A stretch of 64,000 bases of DNA from Eledone cirrhosa (lineage: Eukaryota): contig OZ024742.1 of NCBI GenBank assembly GCA_964016885.1, positions 192,014,001 to 192,078,000 of the forward strand, read 5' to 3'. Every line of letters begins with the position of its first letter. Within the stretch, counting starts at the first letter, position 1. This document shows, piece after piece, positions 29,167-43,675 of this stretch. The position numbers were made by a program, and so were the translations under genes. Below the pieces are notes generated by a model. The model was not told the DNA's origin. It made no database searches and was given only the letters and a program-made list of their open reading frames with translations.

Positions 29167-29973
29167 TTACTTTTTCGTTGCCTTTCATCATTACGGGGTC
29201 GAGAAAATAATGCACTGGGGTAATTGCTGGCCTTATGCCAAAAGTAGAAACAATTATTGTAATTTTATGTAGTTTCATGTTAATTGTATGTACTATATTA
29301 TTCCTGTTTGCGTTGTGTAAAATTTTATTTTTTTCATCTCGTTCCTCTTCCTTTAAAATATTCTAAGACATTGTTAAACGATCTTGGTAGAAGTTGTGGC
29401 TCCGAATGGATAACAGTTCAGTCGATAGCATTTGAAACTGTTTAATTCCATTTCCACTGCTGAGGGCCACGGAATAGTATTCTCTACCAATTTTGTTACT
29501 TATACATCCGTTCCTTACTTTTCTCCGTTTCTCACCATATCTGAAGCAATACTTACTATGTACATATATATATATTAGCATTTTCATCTCAGCGTCAAAT
29601 TACCCACTTCACCTCATTTACAGATCTTTAGCTTCCAGTTTTCTTTAAGCAGTAATGAAACGAAGAGAACCATTTCTGAATTGAAATCCTGAAAATATGT
29701 AACAAGTACCAATCTAAACTTGGCCATCTTTATTTTTGAACGATGAAATTGCAACACACATACATACATACAGAAAAACACAGGCGCACATGCACACACG
29801 CTTAAGACCGCATATGCGTCAAATATAACGGAAACAAAATTAAACTAAAGCAAACTTTTGTTATCAATGAAGTCATGGAAACGCACATCATGATACTACG
29901 ATCAGCGCTGTCCAATAAACAATACTATATAATCGATAATTTAAATTGAAACATGTCCTTCAAGGCAATGTCC

Positions 29974-30015
<42 letters not shown>

Positions 30016-30048
30016 AGAGAGAGAGAGGGAGAGAGAGAGGGAGAGAGA

Positions 30049-30112
<64 letters not shown>

Positions 30113-30292
30113 CAGTGAGAGGTAGAGAGAGAGAGATTTTCTAGAGTTAATTTGTATCGCATCGGATAGTCATTTAAACTTGGACTTCAGTTTTATATGT
30201 GTGTGTGTATGTATAAACGTCTCCCTAACTCTCTCTCTCTCACTCTCCCTCTCTGTGTATAAATATATATATATATATATATATATAAATAT

Positions 30293-30346
<54 letters not shown>

Positions 30347-30684
30347 CCATACATCAGAGTTATACGCGCAAACACATACATACAGACAGTGTGGAAAGAC
30401 TATTTTGAAAGAATAACTATAAGTCTTTCAAACTGATTGAAATGAAATTGGGTTAAATATTGGCAGATGTATTGTATAGTGACTTTTAGATAATAGTGAT
30501 GAGTTCAAGGGTGAAACATTAAGTAAGTTTATTTGAGAGGAAATGGTTTATCAATAGGTCAAGAGTCGTGAATTACTCCCCCATATTATCTCACTACTCA
30601 ATTGTCAGACTGGCCGTCTATAATCATGTCTCTGTATCCCTATATCACCCTCTGTCCCTATGTCTCTCTCTCTCTCTCTCTCCT

Positions 30685-30736
<52 letters not shown>

Positions 30737-30847
30737 CACAAACAACACTCTCACTCCTCTTTCTGGCGTTCTCACCCCTCTTCTTCCTCTATACTATTAT
30801 ATACTCCATTCTTTCCTACCCCCATTTAAGTTCCCTTTGAATATTTA

Positions 30848-30952
<105 letters not shown>

Positions 30953-31213
30953 CTGTGTGCCTGCGTGTGTTCGTGCGTAACCATATGATTGATTGAAAAA
31001 TACTACTATATATATCTATTAGAAGTATTTTCGAAATCAAACGATATCAGGCTGCCCTGGTGCAATCGAGTCATTCCGGTACCCTGAACGCTTACTCGAT
31101 GAAATCAGGAATATTTTCAAGTATTAGAGCGAACTCCTTAGATATGGCGGGCAGATGACGACATATATACAAAACAATAGGGGTTATCAATAAACTTAAT
31201 AAATCGATAATAA

Positions 31214-31606
31214 TAATTGTTTCTACTTTTGGCACCAGGCCAGCAATTACCCAGTACATTATTGGTACTTTATTTTATCGACCCCGTAAGGATGAAAGGC
31301 AAAGTTAACCTCGGCGGGATTTGACCTCTGACCATAAAGGGACGTAACTATGCTGGAAAGCAGGCGTCCGACCCTCTACCGATACTACCAATTCACCGCC
31401 CTTTCGATAATAATAATAATAATTGTTTCTATTTTAGGCACAAGGCCATCAATTAACCAGTACATTACTGGTACTTTATTTTATCGACCCCGTAAGGATG
31501 AAAGGCAAAGTTAACCTCGGCGGGATTTGAACTCAGACCATAAAGGGACGTAACTCTATGCTTCAAAGCATGGTGTCCGACTCTCTACCGATACTGCCAA
31601 TCCACC
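31214..31606 (-). mobile_element. Two tandem tRNA-derived SINEs
   Basis: Full A/B boxes; TSD-like tcgataataataat around the first copy. Confidence 0.9.
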
Positions 31607-31619
31607 AATAATAATAGTT

Positions 31620-32180
31620 ACCCATAAGACGTCGTTTAAATGAACTAAACCCTTTAGTACACATTCAACAGTTAATTTTGTAAGTAATTGGTGGTTAGTG
31701 AAAATTCTCCTGTTTGTCTGACCTGTGTCCCAGACCAAGTATACCGGTTGGATTGCTTCTCACGCACTACCACTACTAGATTAGTCATAAAAGCGGTGTA
31801 TGATTTAGGATTCAGTGACCTTATGATCGTTGAAGTCCTTCCTCTTCGTGGGGTCGTCTCCCACGTCCTCACGTCCCTCTTTGAAAATCCGCGAGTGCGA
31901 CGTCATCTCATCTCTGTAAACTTGCTGCAGTATTCCGAGTGTTTCTGATGGAGTTTTTCCCAGCCAGACCAGAAACTTCATCTTGGTTCGGTGTTCTGTG
32001 ACCATCACTCGACGGCCTAAAATTGAGGATCTCTTAACAAAAGCACGTTAAAATAAATATGAAATGGCTGCAGAGAGCTGAGATCACAGTTATATACTCC
32101 CTGGATATAACCCACTAATTTCTACCTAACTCATAGCTCGCAGAGCACACTAAGTCCTGTTATTTTTCTGACACACCTCG
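31620..32180 (-). mobile_element. Mariner transposon 5' relic
   Basis: EHRTKMKFLVWLGKTPSETLGILQQVYRDE...FKEGREDVGDDP (mariner N-terminal HTH); left TIR ta-cgaggtgtgtcagaaaaataac. The lower boundary is approximate. Confidence 0.8.
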
Positions 32181-32980
32181 TAGGTCATTGCAACAGTATC
32201 GTTATAAACATTTATGACGGGAAAGCTCAATAAATATTCATTCACGACATTTGAAGCCCTCAACTATTTCAGCAAAAACATTGTAACTAGGAATAAAGAT
32301 ATATATTACTAATATACCTATGTTTATGAATAACCTGTGTTTACTGAAATGATAAACTAAATGATTAATAGTTTTACTCTGTGTTTCTTCTCTGCTTGTG
32401 TTTATGCTATCTCTTTATACTAAACTAAAATTCGGTAATGTTATATTTCGCTAAATCATGCAGCTTAACAATTATACAAATAGAAATCGATAAAAAATTA
32501 CCGAGATACTGGCAGTCGACATCATTGGTTAAAACACATTAAACTACTTAATATTTTCACATTCCAATGACTAAAATCATTATGTAAATAAAATATTTTC
32601 TTTAGGACGGTGGATTGGCACATTCGGTAGAACGTCGAATAAAATGCTTTGCAATATTTGTTCTGGCTCTCTGTACTGAGAGTTCAAATCTCATCAATGT
32701 TATATTTAATCCTCATCGTCTTTAGATCGATCAAACCAGTACAAGTGACAGTGATTCAGTACAATAATTAAGGTGTTGGACAACATGCTTTGCAGTCTCT
32801 CTTCCTGCTCTTATCGTTCTAATCTAAAATTCCGCTCGTCGATAAAATATAGCACTAGTCGAAGCCATGGTCTTCGATTGGCGGAAATTCTAGAAATTTC
32901 GACAAAATTCTTTACTGAGTTTGCTCTGCCACTTTGCATTTCTGAGTTCAAATCCCCCCCTGGTGCGAACGTGAAAAAAT

Positions 32981-33167
32981 AATTGTTTCTACTTTGGGCA
33001 CAAGGCCAGCAATTACCCAGTTCATTACTGGTACTTTATTTTATCGACCCCGTAAGGATGAAAGGCAAAGTTAACCTCGGCGGGATTTGAACTCAGAATG
33101 GCAAGGGCCGTAACTCTATGCGCCAAAGCATGGCGTCCGACCCTCTACCGATACTGCCAATCCACCG
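32981..33167 (-). mobile_element. tRNA-derived SINE with TSD
   Basis: gaacgtgaaaaaataat on both sides. Confidence 0.9.
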
Positions 33168-34545
33168 ATGAACGTGAAAAAATAATGGTGGCCAGCTATG
33201 TTTTACTCTATCAAATGCACACTCAAATGACAATAGGAAAATGGTATTATACATCAATCAGAGAAAGCTGTGCTCGGAAGAAAAAATAATTGTCCAATGC
33301 ATTATTAAATAATTTCTAACTCAAATTTCCCGAGCATCACTACACAAATGTAGAACGTTTTAATTGGGTCAAATTGCTACAAAACAAGAATAATCTTCAT
33401 TTCACTCTAATTCGAAATACCGATGTGCTGATATCCTTGACTCACCAATGTGACGAATGATAGTGAGGGGGAAAAGGTATCAATAAATGTACCAATTTCT
33501 TTCCCACGCTCTACCCTCTCACAAGCTCTACTCTCTACTTTTTCTTCGCTTTCACTTTTTCTATTAAAAGGATAATTGGAGGTAGAGTAAATTGCCTCAG
33601 GTAGAGTACTGATTGACACCGGTGAGATGAAAAGTAGATTTTTTTATTTTTTTTTTAGATTAGAAAATATTACATGCCAAAACATGGTTCCCATGAGAAT
33701 AAGCGGGTAAATTGAAGGAGGATTTTAAATGAGTGTAGAGTTGTTTACCACTAGGTATGCACTGGTTGAAGAGACACTATGATCAAAGACATTTCAGTTG
33801 TGACCATCCATCTTTTAATTTTACATTTTCTACAGAGAAATAAAAGCACACATCTACATAGCAATATGTCTGGGAATCGAACCCATGATTTTATGTTCGG
33901 GAATTCCGTATCTTAATCCCTTAGAAACGTCCTTTCACGTTCTCCCTTATAGGCCCAGTACATAACGTTTATTGTTTAACTAGTTATTTGTTGTTTTCGT
34001 GTTAACCAATCTAAACGGGATTATTTTATGTTGTGGAAGGGGATGAAATATGTTTTGCCTTTAATCAAAAGATGTCAAATCATATGTGTGTGTGTGTGTG
34101 TGTGTGTGTGATGAATGTATGTGTGTGACTGTGTGTGTGTGACTATGTGTGTATGTTCGTGTATGTGTATGTGAGTGTGTATGCGTGTGCGCAATTGTGT
34201 ACGTATGTATATATATATATATATATATATATTGTGTGCATGTGTTGAATGTGTGTTTGTGTGACTGTGTGTTTGTGTGTGAATATATATATATATATAT
34301 ATATATATGCGTCTTTACGTGTGTCTTTATGTGCGTGTGTGTGACTCTGTGTGTGTGCATGTGTATATACATATCAGGATTGAAGTCACCTTCACAGCAA
34401 AATAAACTTGGAATACTAAGAATTACGTGACAGTTAAACCTTTTCTTTGCCTTTCTGAGTGTGTTTGTTTGTGTGGACGTATGTGGGCTTTGTACGTGTT
34501 CCTGTGCGTATGGTGTGTGTATATGTGCGAGTATGTATGTATGTA

Positions 34546-35143
34546 AGTTGGTGCTACTGGTAACATGTATCCCAGTACAACCTGTCTCGTGGTCGGGTCG
34601 TTGGCGACTAAACTGGCAACCCCACCAAGGTTTCTCGGTGAGGAGGGTGATTTGGGACATCTTGCAGGACTAAAAACAAAACCTGTCAAAGGGCAAAGGA
34701 GCTCTTAAGAGTCAATGGCCATCCAAAATCACCGGGAGAGATGACCCCTTAGCCTTTGTCAAGGCAGAATTCTAGGAGAAGGAAAACCCTGATATAACAA
34801 CTGCAACTCTGATGGTATCCAATGATGTTGACTTACTCTTCTTTTTGGTAAATCTCATCTTGATTAAGAGAGTGGGACTGGCTTTGTGCAGTGCCTTTGC
34901 TCACTATAAAAGCTTCACGGCACAGGCATTGCTTTATATCTGGAGATCTCTCTGCACTTGTTGTCATATGGTACCATGGGCCCAGCACTATGTGTCAATA
35001 ATTGTCACAAGTGTAGTGTTTGTACCAGAGTTTTCAAGTCGCTGGCTGGACTAAAAAGTCACACTCGTTCAGCGCATCGGTAGGAGTTCTCCTACATGGA
35101 TATAAAGTAGTGGCCGTACTCGAAAACGAGTTGGCAGCCACCA
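34546..35143 (+). mobile_element. ~600-bp non-autonomous retroelement with RTE-like 5' UTR, copy 2
   Basis: Reverse-complement homologue of 2905-3512; ends gcagccacc(ATGT)n. Confidence 0.65.
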
Positions 35144-35149
35144 TGTATG

Positions 35150-35212
<63 letters not shown>

Positions 35213-35510
35213 GGCCACTACTATAAAGTAGTGGCCGTACTATGTTTATGTCTGTATATATGTGCGTGTATGTATGTATGTTTGTATGTATGCTTGTGAG
35301 TGCATCAATATATATATTTTTAGTGTGTGTGTGTGTGTGTGCGTGTGTATGTGTACGTATGTGTGTGCATATATATATATATATATACATGCATACATGC
35401 ATGCATGCATTCATGCATGCATACATGCACACATACATACATATATACATACATGTATACAGGGTGTCCCAAAAAATGTATACACTCTCTTATTAGAAGG
35501 CTGTTGAAGA

Positions 35511-35563
<53 letters not shown>

Positions 35564-35566
35564 TAT

Positions 35567-35691
35567 ATAGATGAGATTCTAAAGATTCTAAAGAAGTACT
35601 ATAGAATCTCATCTATATAAAAACTTTTATACTCTGCTATGTATTGAGTACCTTACTTACTGTGGTTACCTCCGATTCAACCCGGAATAAA
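35567..35691 (+). mobile_element. Family A tail with mini fold-back (HHR core absent)
   Basis: tagatgagattcta...tagaatctcatcta plus family A tail. Confidence 0.8.
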
Positions 35692-35719
35692 GTATATATA
35701 TATATATATATATATATAT

Positions 35720-36157
35720 GGAAAGTTATATTTAAATTGTTGGGTTACAACTAGTAAATATTTATAACTGATATAAAAGCACTCGACAAGTATTTGGAGT
35801 ATATTTACGATATTAAATAAATGGAAACTATATTTATAAAACCATATTTATTTCATTATATATATTTCAGGGATATCATATTAACAATATGCTATGCCTT
35901 CCTCAGACAAAATACAATATAGACAGTTTTATAGATAAATAGATTTGTCATACCGTTCAACATCGACTTGTATTTGAAAAGTATACTTTTCAAATACAAG
36001 TCGATGTTGAACGGTATGTCAAATCTATTTATCTATAAAACTGTCTATATTGTATTTTGTCTGAGGAAGGCATAGCATATTGTTAATATGATATCCCTGA
36101 AATATATATAATGAAATAAATATGGTTTTATAAATATAGTTTCCATTTATTTAATAT
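35720..36157 (-). mobile_element. Family D fold-back module: 348-bp near-perfect palindrome with two HHRs
   Basis: Palindrome 35810-36157 centred on gta|tac with one mismatch seen. + HHR at 36054-36117: ATTTTGT-CTGAGGA-AGG..CCT-GAAA-TATATA-TA^-ATGAAAT. - HHR at 35850-35913. Confidence 0.9.
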
Positions 36158-36197
<40 letters not shown>

Positions 36198-36479
36198 TTT
36201 GTGTGTGCGTATCTGTGTGTGTGTGTGTGTGTGTACGCGTAATGAGAGAGAGAGAGAGAGCGAGTGAGGCTCTGTGTGTCATTGTTTGTATAAGTAGTGG
36301 TATGAGTTAGCATAGTCAGCTTGTCATCGGCTTAAGATATTTTACGATGTGTAAGTGTGTGTATAATATATTTGCATGAGTCACTATATACGCCTCTGTG
36401 TGTGTATGCGTGAGTGTCTATATATGTATAATATTTGCACTGTATATGGGTGTTACGCGTTTGCGTGTGTCAGGCGTTT

Positions 36480-36967
36480 GCATGTTTATGCATGCGACCA
36501 TATGTGTGTGTGTGTGTGTGTGTATCAGGCGAGTGTGTGTGTATGTATATGTGTGTGTATGTGTGTGTGTGTGTGTGTCTGTGTGTATGCGTATCTGTGC
36601 CTGTATATCTATAATATTTGCATACATCATTGTATGTGTGTGTTTACGTGTCAGGCGAGTGTGTGTATGTATGTGTGTGTGTGTGTCTGTGTATGTATCA
36701 GACGAGTATGTGTGTATGTATGTGTGTGTGTGTGTGTGCGTATCTGTGCCTGTATATCTATAATATTTGCATACATCATTGTATGTATGTGTTTACATGT
36801 CAGGCGAGTGTGTGTATGTATGTGTGTGTGTGTGTCTGTGTATGTATCAGACGAGTATGTGTGTATGTATGTGTGTGTGTGTGTGTGTGTACGTATATGT
36901 GCCTGTATATCTATAATATTTGCATACATCATTGTATGTGTGTGTTTACGTGTCAGGCGAGTGTGTA

Positions 36968-37010
<43 letters not shown>

Positions 37011-37163
37011 CAGGCGAGTATGTGTGTATGTATGTGTGTCTGTGTGTGAGTGTGTGTGCGTATCTGTGCCTGTATATCTATAATATTTGCATACATCATT
37101 GTATGTGTGTGTGTACGTTTGTGTATATGTGTGTATGTGTGTGTGTATCAGGCGAGTGTGTGT

Positions 37164-37212
<49 letters not shown>

Positions 37213-37292
37213 AGCGTATATGTGCATGTATATCTATAATATTTGCATACATCATTGTATGTGTGTGTTTACGTGTCAGGCGAGTGTGTGTA

Positions 37293-37325
<33 letters not shown>

Positions 37326-37440
37326 ATCAGACGAGTATGTGAGTATGTATGTGTGTCTGTGTGTGTGCGTATCTGTGCCTGTATATCTATGACATTTGCA
37401 CTCATCATTGTATGCGTTTGTTTACGTATCAAGCGAGTGC
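36480..37440. repeat. Compound minisatellite (~150-170-bp units with variable (TG)n spacers)
   Basis: Repeated ctgtatatctataatatttgcatacatcattgtatg and tcaggcgagt blocks. Confidence 0.85.
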
Positions 37441-38720
37441 GTGTATATATATGTGTATATGTATGAATATGTATATATATATATATGTGTATGTATGCGT
37501 GTATATATATGTGTATATGTATGAATGTATGTATATATATATGTGTATGTATGCGTGTATATATATGTGTGTATGTTTATGTGTATGAGTATATGACGTA
37601 TGTGTAAGAGTCAGATGTAAATGTGTGTGCGTGTATGTATATATGTATATGAGTTTGTGAATAAGTGAATTAGTCAGAAAGGCTTATTTTGACTAACTTG
37701 TTCATAGGATTCCACTCGTGTCTGTGTATATGTGTGTATGTGTATGTGTGCGTGTGTGTGCGTGTATGCATGTGTCTGTGTGTCATTATATGCATGTGTT
37801 TCTCATTGAATGAGTATATACATGAATGTATGTGTGTGGGGGCCGTATATGTATTTGTCATTGTCAGTGTATATACGTAGATGTGTGTATGTATGTGTGC
37901 GTGTATGTGTATTTGTCATAAGATGCGGATATAGTGGATACATGTGTGTGGGAATGTGTATTCTTCATTGTATATGTGTGTGTTCGTCATCAAATGTGTA
38001 TGTACGTGAATACATGTGTGTGTGGGAACGTGTATTCTTCAATATATGTATATGTATTCGTCATTAAATGAGTCTGTACGTGAATACATGTATGTGAGGG
38101 AATGTGTATTCTTCAATGTATGTATGTATGTATATTCGTATATGTATGTATGTATGTATGTGTACGTACGTGGTTACATGTGTGTGTTTTCTTCAATATA
38201 TGTGTATGTATTCGTCATTAAATGTGTATGTACGTGGCTTCGTGTGTGTTGGTGTATGCATTCGATATTGTACGTGTATATTTGTCATGACATGTGTATG
38301 TATGCAGTTACATGTATATATGTGTGTATGTATGTGTGTATTTGTCGTCGTGTATGTACGTGGATCCGTGTGTATGTGCTCGCATGTATATATGTGTCTT
38401 TGTTATAGTGTTTATGTGTGCATATCTATTTGCGTGCTGGTGAGTGTCTTTGTAGTTGTCATTGAATGCGTGTGTTTGCATTTCTTATTGTGTGTGAATG
38501 CTTGTAAGTCTGTTTGTTTATTTGGCATTGTATGTATGTATGTATATATATGTATGTATCATGCATGTATGTATGTATCTATGTATGTATGTATGCATGC
38601 TTGTATGTATGTATGTTTGTACGTATATAAGTATGTACGTATATATGTATGAGTGTATTGCTCATGTATATATATTTGTTTTTTCTTCTTTTCTTCTACA
38701 TGCTTGTGTTCATTAGTTTA

Positions 38721-38789
<69 letters not shown>

Positions 38790-38812
38790 TGTGTGTCTGT
38801 GTGTGCGCGTGC

Positions 38813-38844
<32 letters not shown>

Positions 38845-40016
38845 TGTGCCATATGCATGCACTAAGGCGGCGTATATATATTAATCTGTATTTTTTATAT
38901 GGCTGCACGTATGCTGATCTACACACAGTTGGTAATGTGCTCAGTAGTAGGCCCAGATATATGAAATATAGGTTTCATTTCAAGAGATTATCATGAATTT
39001 AGTAATCACTGTTAAATATATATGATGTATGCACGTACTGGAATGGACCTACGCTGGTTTCTGCGATGAGAGTTTCTGTTGTTCAATCAACTGCTCAGGA
39101 AATTAACGTGTAAGTGACTGGGCCTTCCACAGACACGTGTATTTTTAACGAGGAAGATACAGCGTGACGCCATGTGAGACAAGGCGGTTTCCCAGCTATC
39201 TTTTCTCTACTTTATAACTCTGTGTTACTTACGGATATGAATACATGTACGTGTAGTTTACATGATATACTTACATGTAACAGAACTGAAGAAAATGAGA
39301 GACAATATGTCTGTCTCTGTCAACTTCAAAAACCATTGCCAACTGGTTAATCTGCCACATTATCTAGGCTTGTGTATATGTGCATCTGCGATCAGTGTAC
39401 TTATACATATGTGTGTTTGTGTATGTGAGTGCTGTGTTTCTGTGGGTGACGTGTTTCTGTGTGACTGTGGGTTTATAAACGGACTCTGTTGATTTGGTGG
39501 TAAATGCGGGCATATATGTGTGTGTGTGCATGGGTGATTATAGCGGTACTATACCTGTTAATATGCATCATCTTTTGATCTTGTTGCTGTTTATAAAACT
39601 AGATGTATGATTAAGGGTGTTCCAATCGTGACCATCCCGTTTTTGTTTCAGCCACAAACTATAAATACCAATTTATCTAGTGTCATTATTTTCATGTTGT
39701 TATTTTTTAAAGAACGTAAGGTATAGTTTGCGAGAGATTTCAAAGATCTGTCAAATACTAATTATTTTATGAACCGACAAATCGTTGATAAGGTAAGAGT
39801 AGTATGATGAAAAGTTTTCTGGTGAACATATCAAGACGTTAGTTAACAATAAATCTGGGAATTACAACCAGAACATGGTTATATGTGTCTATCTCTCGCA
39901 AAATACAAATAAGCTAAGTAAACTAAATAGAAAACTGTTGGTTGATAATACAGTACGGAACACACTAAAATTTACAAAATACTAAATGGCAAAGAAATTA
40001 TAATCGTTGATGCAAT

Positions 40017-40204
40017 AATTGTTTCTACTTTAGGCACAGGGCCAGCAATTACCCAGTGCATTACTGGTACTTTATTTTATCGACACCGTAAGGATGAAAG
40101 GCAAAGTCAACCTCGGCGGGATTTGAACTCAGATCGTAAAGGGACGTAACTATGCTGGAAAGCATGGCGTCCGACCCTCCACTGATACTGCCACTCCACC
40201 GCCC
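40017..40204 (-). mobile_element. Full-length tRNA-derived SINE with TSD
   Basis: ttgatgcaataatt on both sides; A and B boxes intact. Confidence 0.9.
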
Positions 40205-40512
40205 TTGATGCAATAATTATAGTTGAATGTATTTAATAACAACAAAACCATTGTAAAATACACTAAATCGGCAGCAGGTATTAATGTGGTGATGGTTTCT
40301 ACCGCTGTTGATGATTATTCTCGCAATTATCATCAACACCATCGCCATCGTCATCATGATCACCCCATCATCACCATCGTCACCACCGTCATCATCAATA
40401 TCATTATCACAACGAACACTACTATCATACTCAACACCTCCATCAACACTATCATTATCAAGACGACGACCACCACAACCATCAGGACCACCATCGTCAC
40501 CAACATAATAAT

Positions 40513-40790
40513 AATTGTTTCTACTTTAGGCACAAGGCCAGTAATTATACCAGTGTATTACTGGTACTTTATTTTATCGACCCCGGAAGGATGAAAGGCA
40601 TAATAATTGTTTCTACTTTTGGCACAAGGCCAGCAATTACCCAGTGCATTACTGGTACTTTATTTTATCGACCCCGTAAGGATGAAAGGCAAAGTTAACC
40701 TCGGTGGGATTTGAACTCAGAATGGCAAGGGCCGTAACTCTATGCGTCAAAGCATGGAGTCCGACCCTCTACCGATACTGCCAATCCCCC
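40513..40790 (-). mobile_element. Truncated plus full tRNA-derived SINE in tandem
   Basis: Two aattgtttctactt starts. Confidence 0.9.
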
Positions 40791-43498
40791 CCCCCCCCCC
40801 AACTCCCATAATAATAATAATAATGATAATTCTTAAGCAGAGGACAACGGGGACTAATTTATCGAGCTGATTCCATAATCCGATTAAATGTGGAATAATT
40901 CCTACTAGGATAAAATAATGCGTTGCATTCAACAGTGGTCAGAATAATTTCAAATACACACAGTTGTTAGATTAAAATTTAAATTGCTTTATATTTTATT
41001 GTATTCAACAATGGTAAACAGATTTTCAAATCCAACACAGTGTGTAGATTATATTCTAATCTACTTCATATTTCATAGGAGCTTCGAAATAATCCAAGAA
41101 AGACCAATATCGATAAATATTAATGTTTATCGAGTATTGGAAACATTCATTCTCTGATCATAAGCATCAATACAAGAGGACGAATTATCACAATTGTTAG
41201 AGTGACGGATAGAATGCTTAGCGGTATTCATTCAGGTTAAGTGCACCGTGGGGTATGTGTTCTTTGAATCTGTGTGAATTGTGTTTTCCAATATTAGTCC
41301 TAGCAATCCGGGGTCTAATGTACTCTACTACAAGTGTGAACTCAATATAAATAGTACCTTGCCGAATTTAACTCTGTGAATTCTATGTAATTTATACATC
41401 CTTATCTAATAAGAGCGCGTGGCTTAATATAGTAGTCACTCGCAATCGTGCATGACGTGATGGTATGTACCATGATTTGGCTAAGTGTTTTAGGTGTCCA
41501 TACAATCGTGAGCAGAAACAAAAGTCCTCGAGATACTCCCTCCTATGACCTTGCGGAAGATACGACAGCTCGAAGGAAATAGGGTAGTACCAGCATTGGG
41601 CTAGTACTTTCTTTACCGACCCTGAAAGGATGAAAGACAAAGTGGCCCTCGACAGTATTTCTATCAGAAGGCATGTAATCTTGACTCAATATCCACCGGA
41701 CTAACGTTTTGGGGGAAAGTCGATTAAATCGACCCCACTGCGTGACTGGTACTTTATTTTATTGACCCCGTAAGGAAGAAAGACAAAGTAAATATACTAT
41801 TTTATCATTTAAATGTGTTTATGGCATATAGCTAATACTTGTATATGAAATGGTATTTAACATGGGCACAATATCAACAATTTGTGGGAGAGAGGAAAGC
41901 CAATTTTATCGACACCAGTACTTGACTGGTACTTTATTTTATCGACCCTACTTGAACGAAGGCCAATGTTAGTCTCGGCACATTTGGATGCAGACAGTAA
42001 AGAATTGTCACTAATTGAAATATTTTCGACGAAATATTTTTTATTTCAATTTGAATAAATTGTTTTTAATGACTAGTAAGGGACGGAAGGGCTCCTGAAC
42101 CTCTGCGGGACTTCAGAGGCTCATGAGAGGGAGAGAGGAAGGCATCCTCCAACCGGAGATCTAGCCCGAATGTTGGCATAACAGGTGAAAGAAGGGGATA
42201 ATGGAAAGTGTAATTCCACTGGACCCATGGTCGGAATTCTTGCAGTATAGCGGACATTCAAGATTCATGTGGTGAGATGTTTTAAACGCATAACAGAGTT
42301 AATCTAGCTATGCCCTAAATAAGCCGAAACGGAATTTGAATTCTGAACGCGAAAAAACCTGAGCAAATAAAGCAAGGCCTAGTTTCTGTCTACTAAATTC
42401 TTCTCACAATTCTTCTCACGGGGTCTGGTTGTTTCTTTTTATTTCGTTTGTGTTTTTTTTGTTTTTTTTTCATATCGACAAATTAAAAGGATAGTGTGTT
42501 GAGAAGACCCTAATAATGTGTAAAATACTGGAAAATGTATTTGATAGGAAGGAGAAGAATAATTCAGATTATTGATTTCTTCGTTAGATGGGCATAACAT
42601 TCTGAATCTTAATGAAGAAAAATGTTATGAACAGAAAAAAATAAACAAACAAAACTAAAGATCGAATGAACAGTCCAGAAATGGATCTGAAATTATCGGA
42701 TGATCCAGATATAATTAGCTTAGACAGGGAAAATAGAGGGAAAAAAATATTAATGTAATTAAAAAGTGAAAATGTGTGAAAACTAAATATTGATTTAGAG
42801 AGGGGAAAGAAAAGACTAATAAATTGAGAGAATGGAGATAGAATATTCGTTTATTTTAAAGAAGGATGTTGAAAGATACCACGATGTGTTTGGTTATAGA
42901 ATTAAAGTATCAATAATAAGTTAAAATCATATATATAATAAAATCTATGAGATCATAGCAAATACATATTGCTTAGAGGTTAGTTTGTTGGATTCATGAT
43001 TATAAGGTCATGAGTTTGATTCATTTCACGTTATTTCACTCCACACAGCTGAAAAAAAAAGGAGTACCTCTAGTAGAAGTAATTAAAGCTTAACCTTAGA
43101 ATTTATACGTCGTTTAATGGGAAGTCTTGTAATCTCATTCGCTTAATACTAAAGAAACTGGTGAACCTCTAAACAGATGCTTTCTCTTTCCAACGATCTT
43201 TTTACTAATTTGCTGGTTATTCTTCTTAAGCTAACGTTATACAATCCTGTGAATTAATTTAGTCATTGTGTATTAATTTAACTAACATCTCTCAACACAA
43301 TAATGGCGGTTGGTGTTGTGCTTGTTGATATGTAGCTCCAGGGAAGACCAATCGTCCAGTTTGTTTTATTTGTTTGTTTATTTATCAAATTAATTAATTA
43401 ATTCATTACACCATGGTTTATTGAAGACATATGTATTCAATGGAGAGGTTACTGTCAGCGAAGAGAACAGTTGGCATCCATAAAAAACGCGATAAAAT

Positions 43499-43675
43499 AA
43501 TTGTTTCTACTTTAGGCACAAGGCCAGCAATTATCCAGTACATTACTGATTCTTTATTTTATCGACCCCGTAAGGATGAAAGGCAAAGTTAACCTCGGCG
43601 GGATTTGAACTCAGACTGTAAAGGGACGTAACTATGCTAGAAAGCATGGCGTCCAACCCTCTACCGATACTGCCA
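43499..43675 (-). mobile_element. tRNA-derived SINE with TSD
   Basis: aaaaacgcgataaaataa on both sides. Confidence 0.9.

Noticed and set aside
34546-34650. Assignment as twister or HDV-like ribozyme
   Set aside because: TAA, GGAGGG and CTAA fragments are present, but the required helix order and pseudoknots could not be completed.
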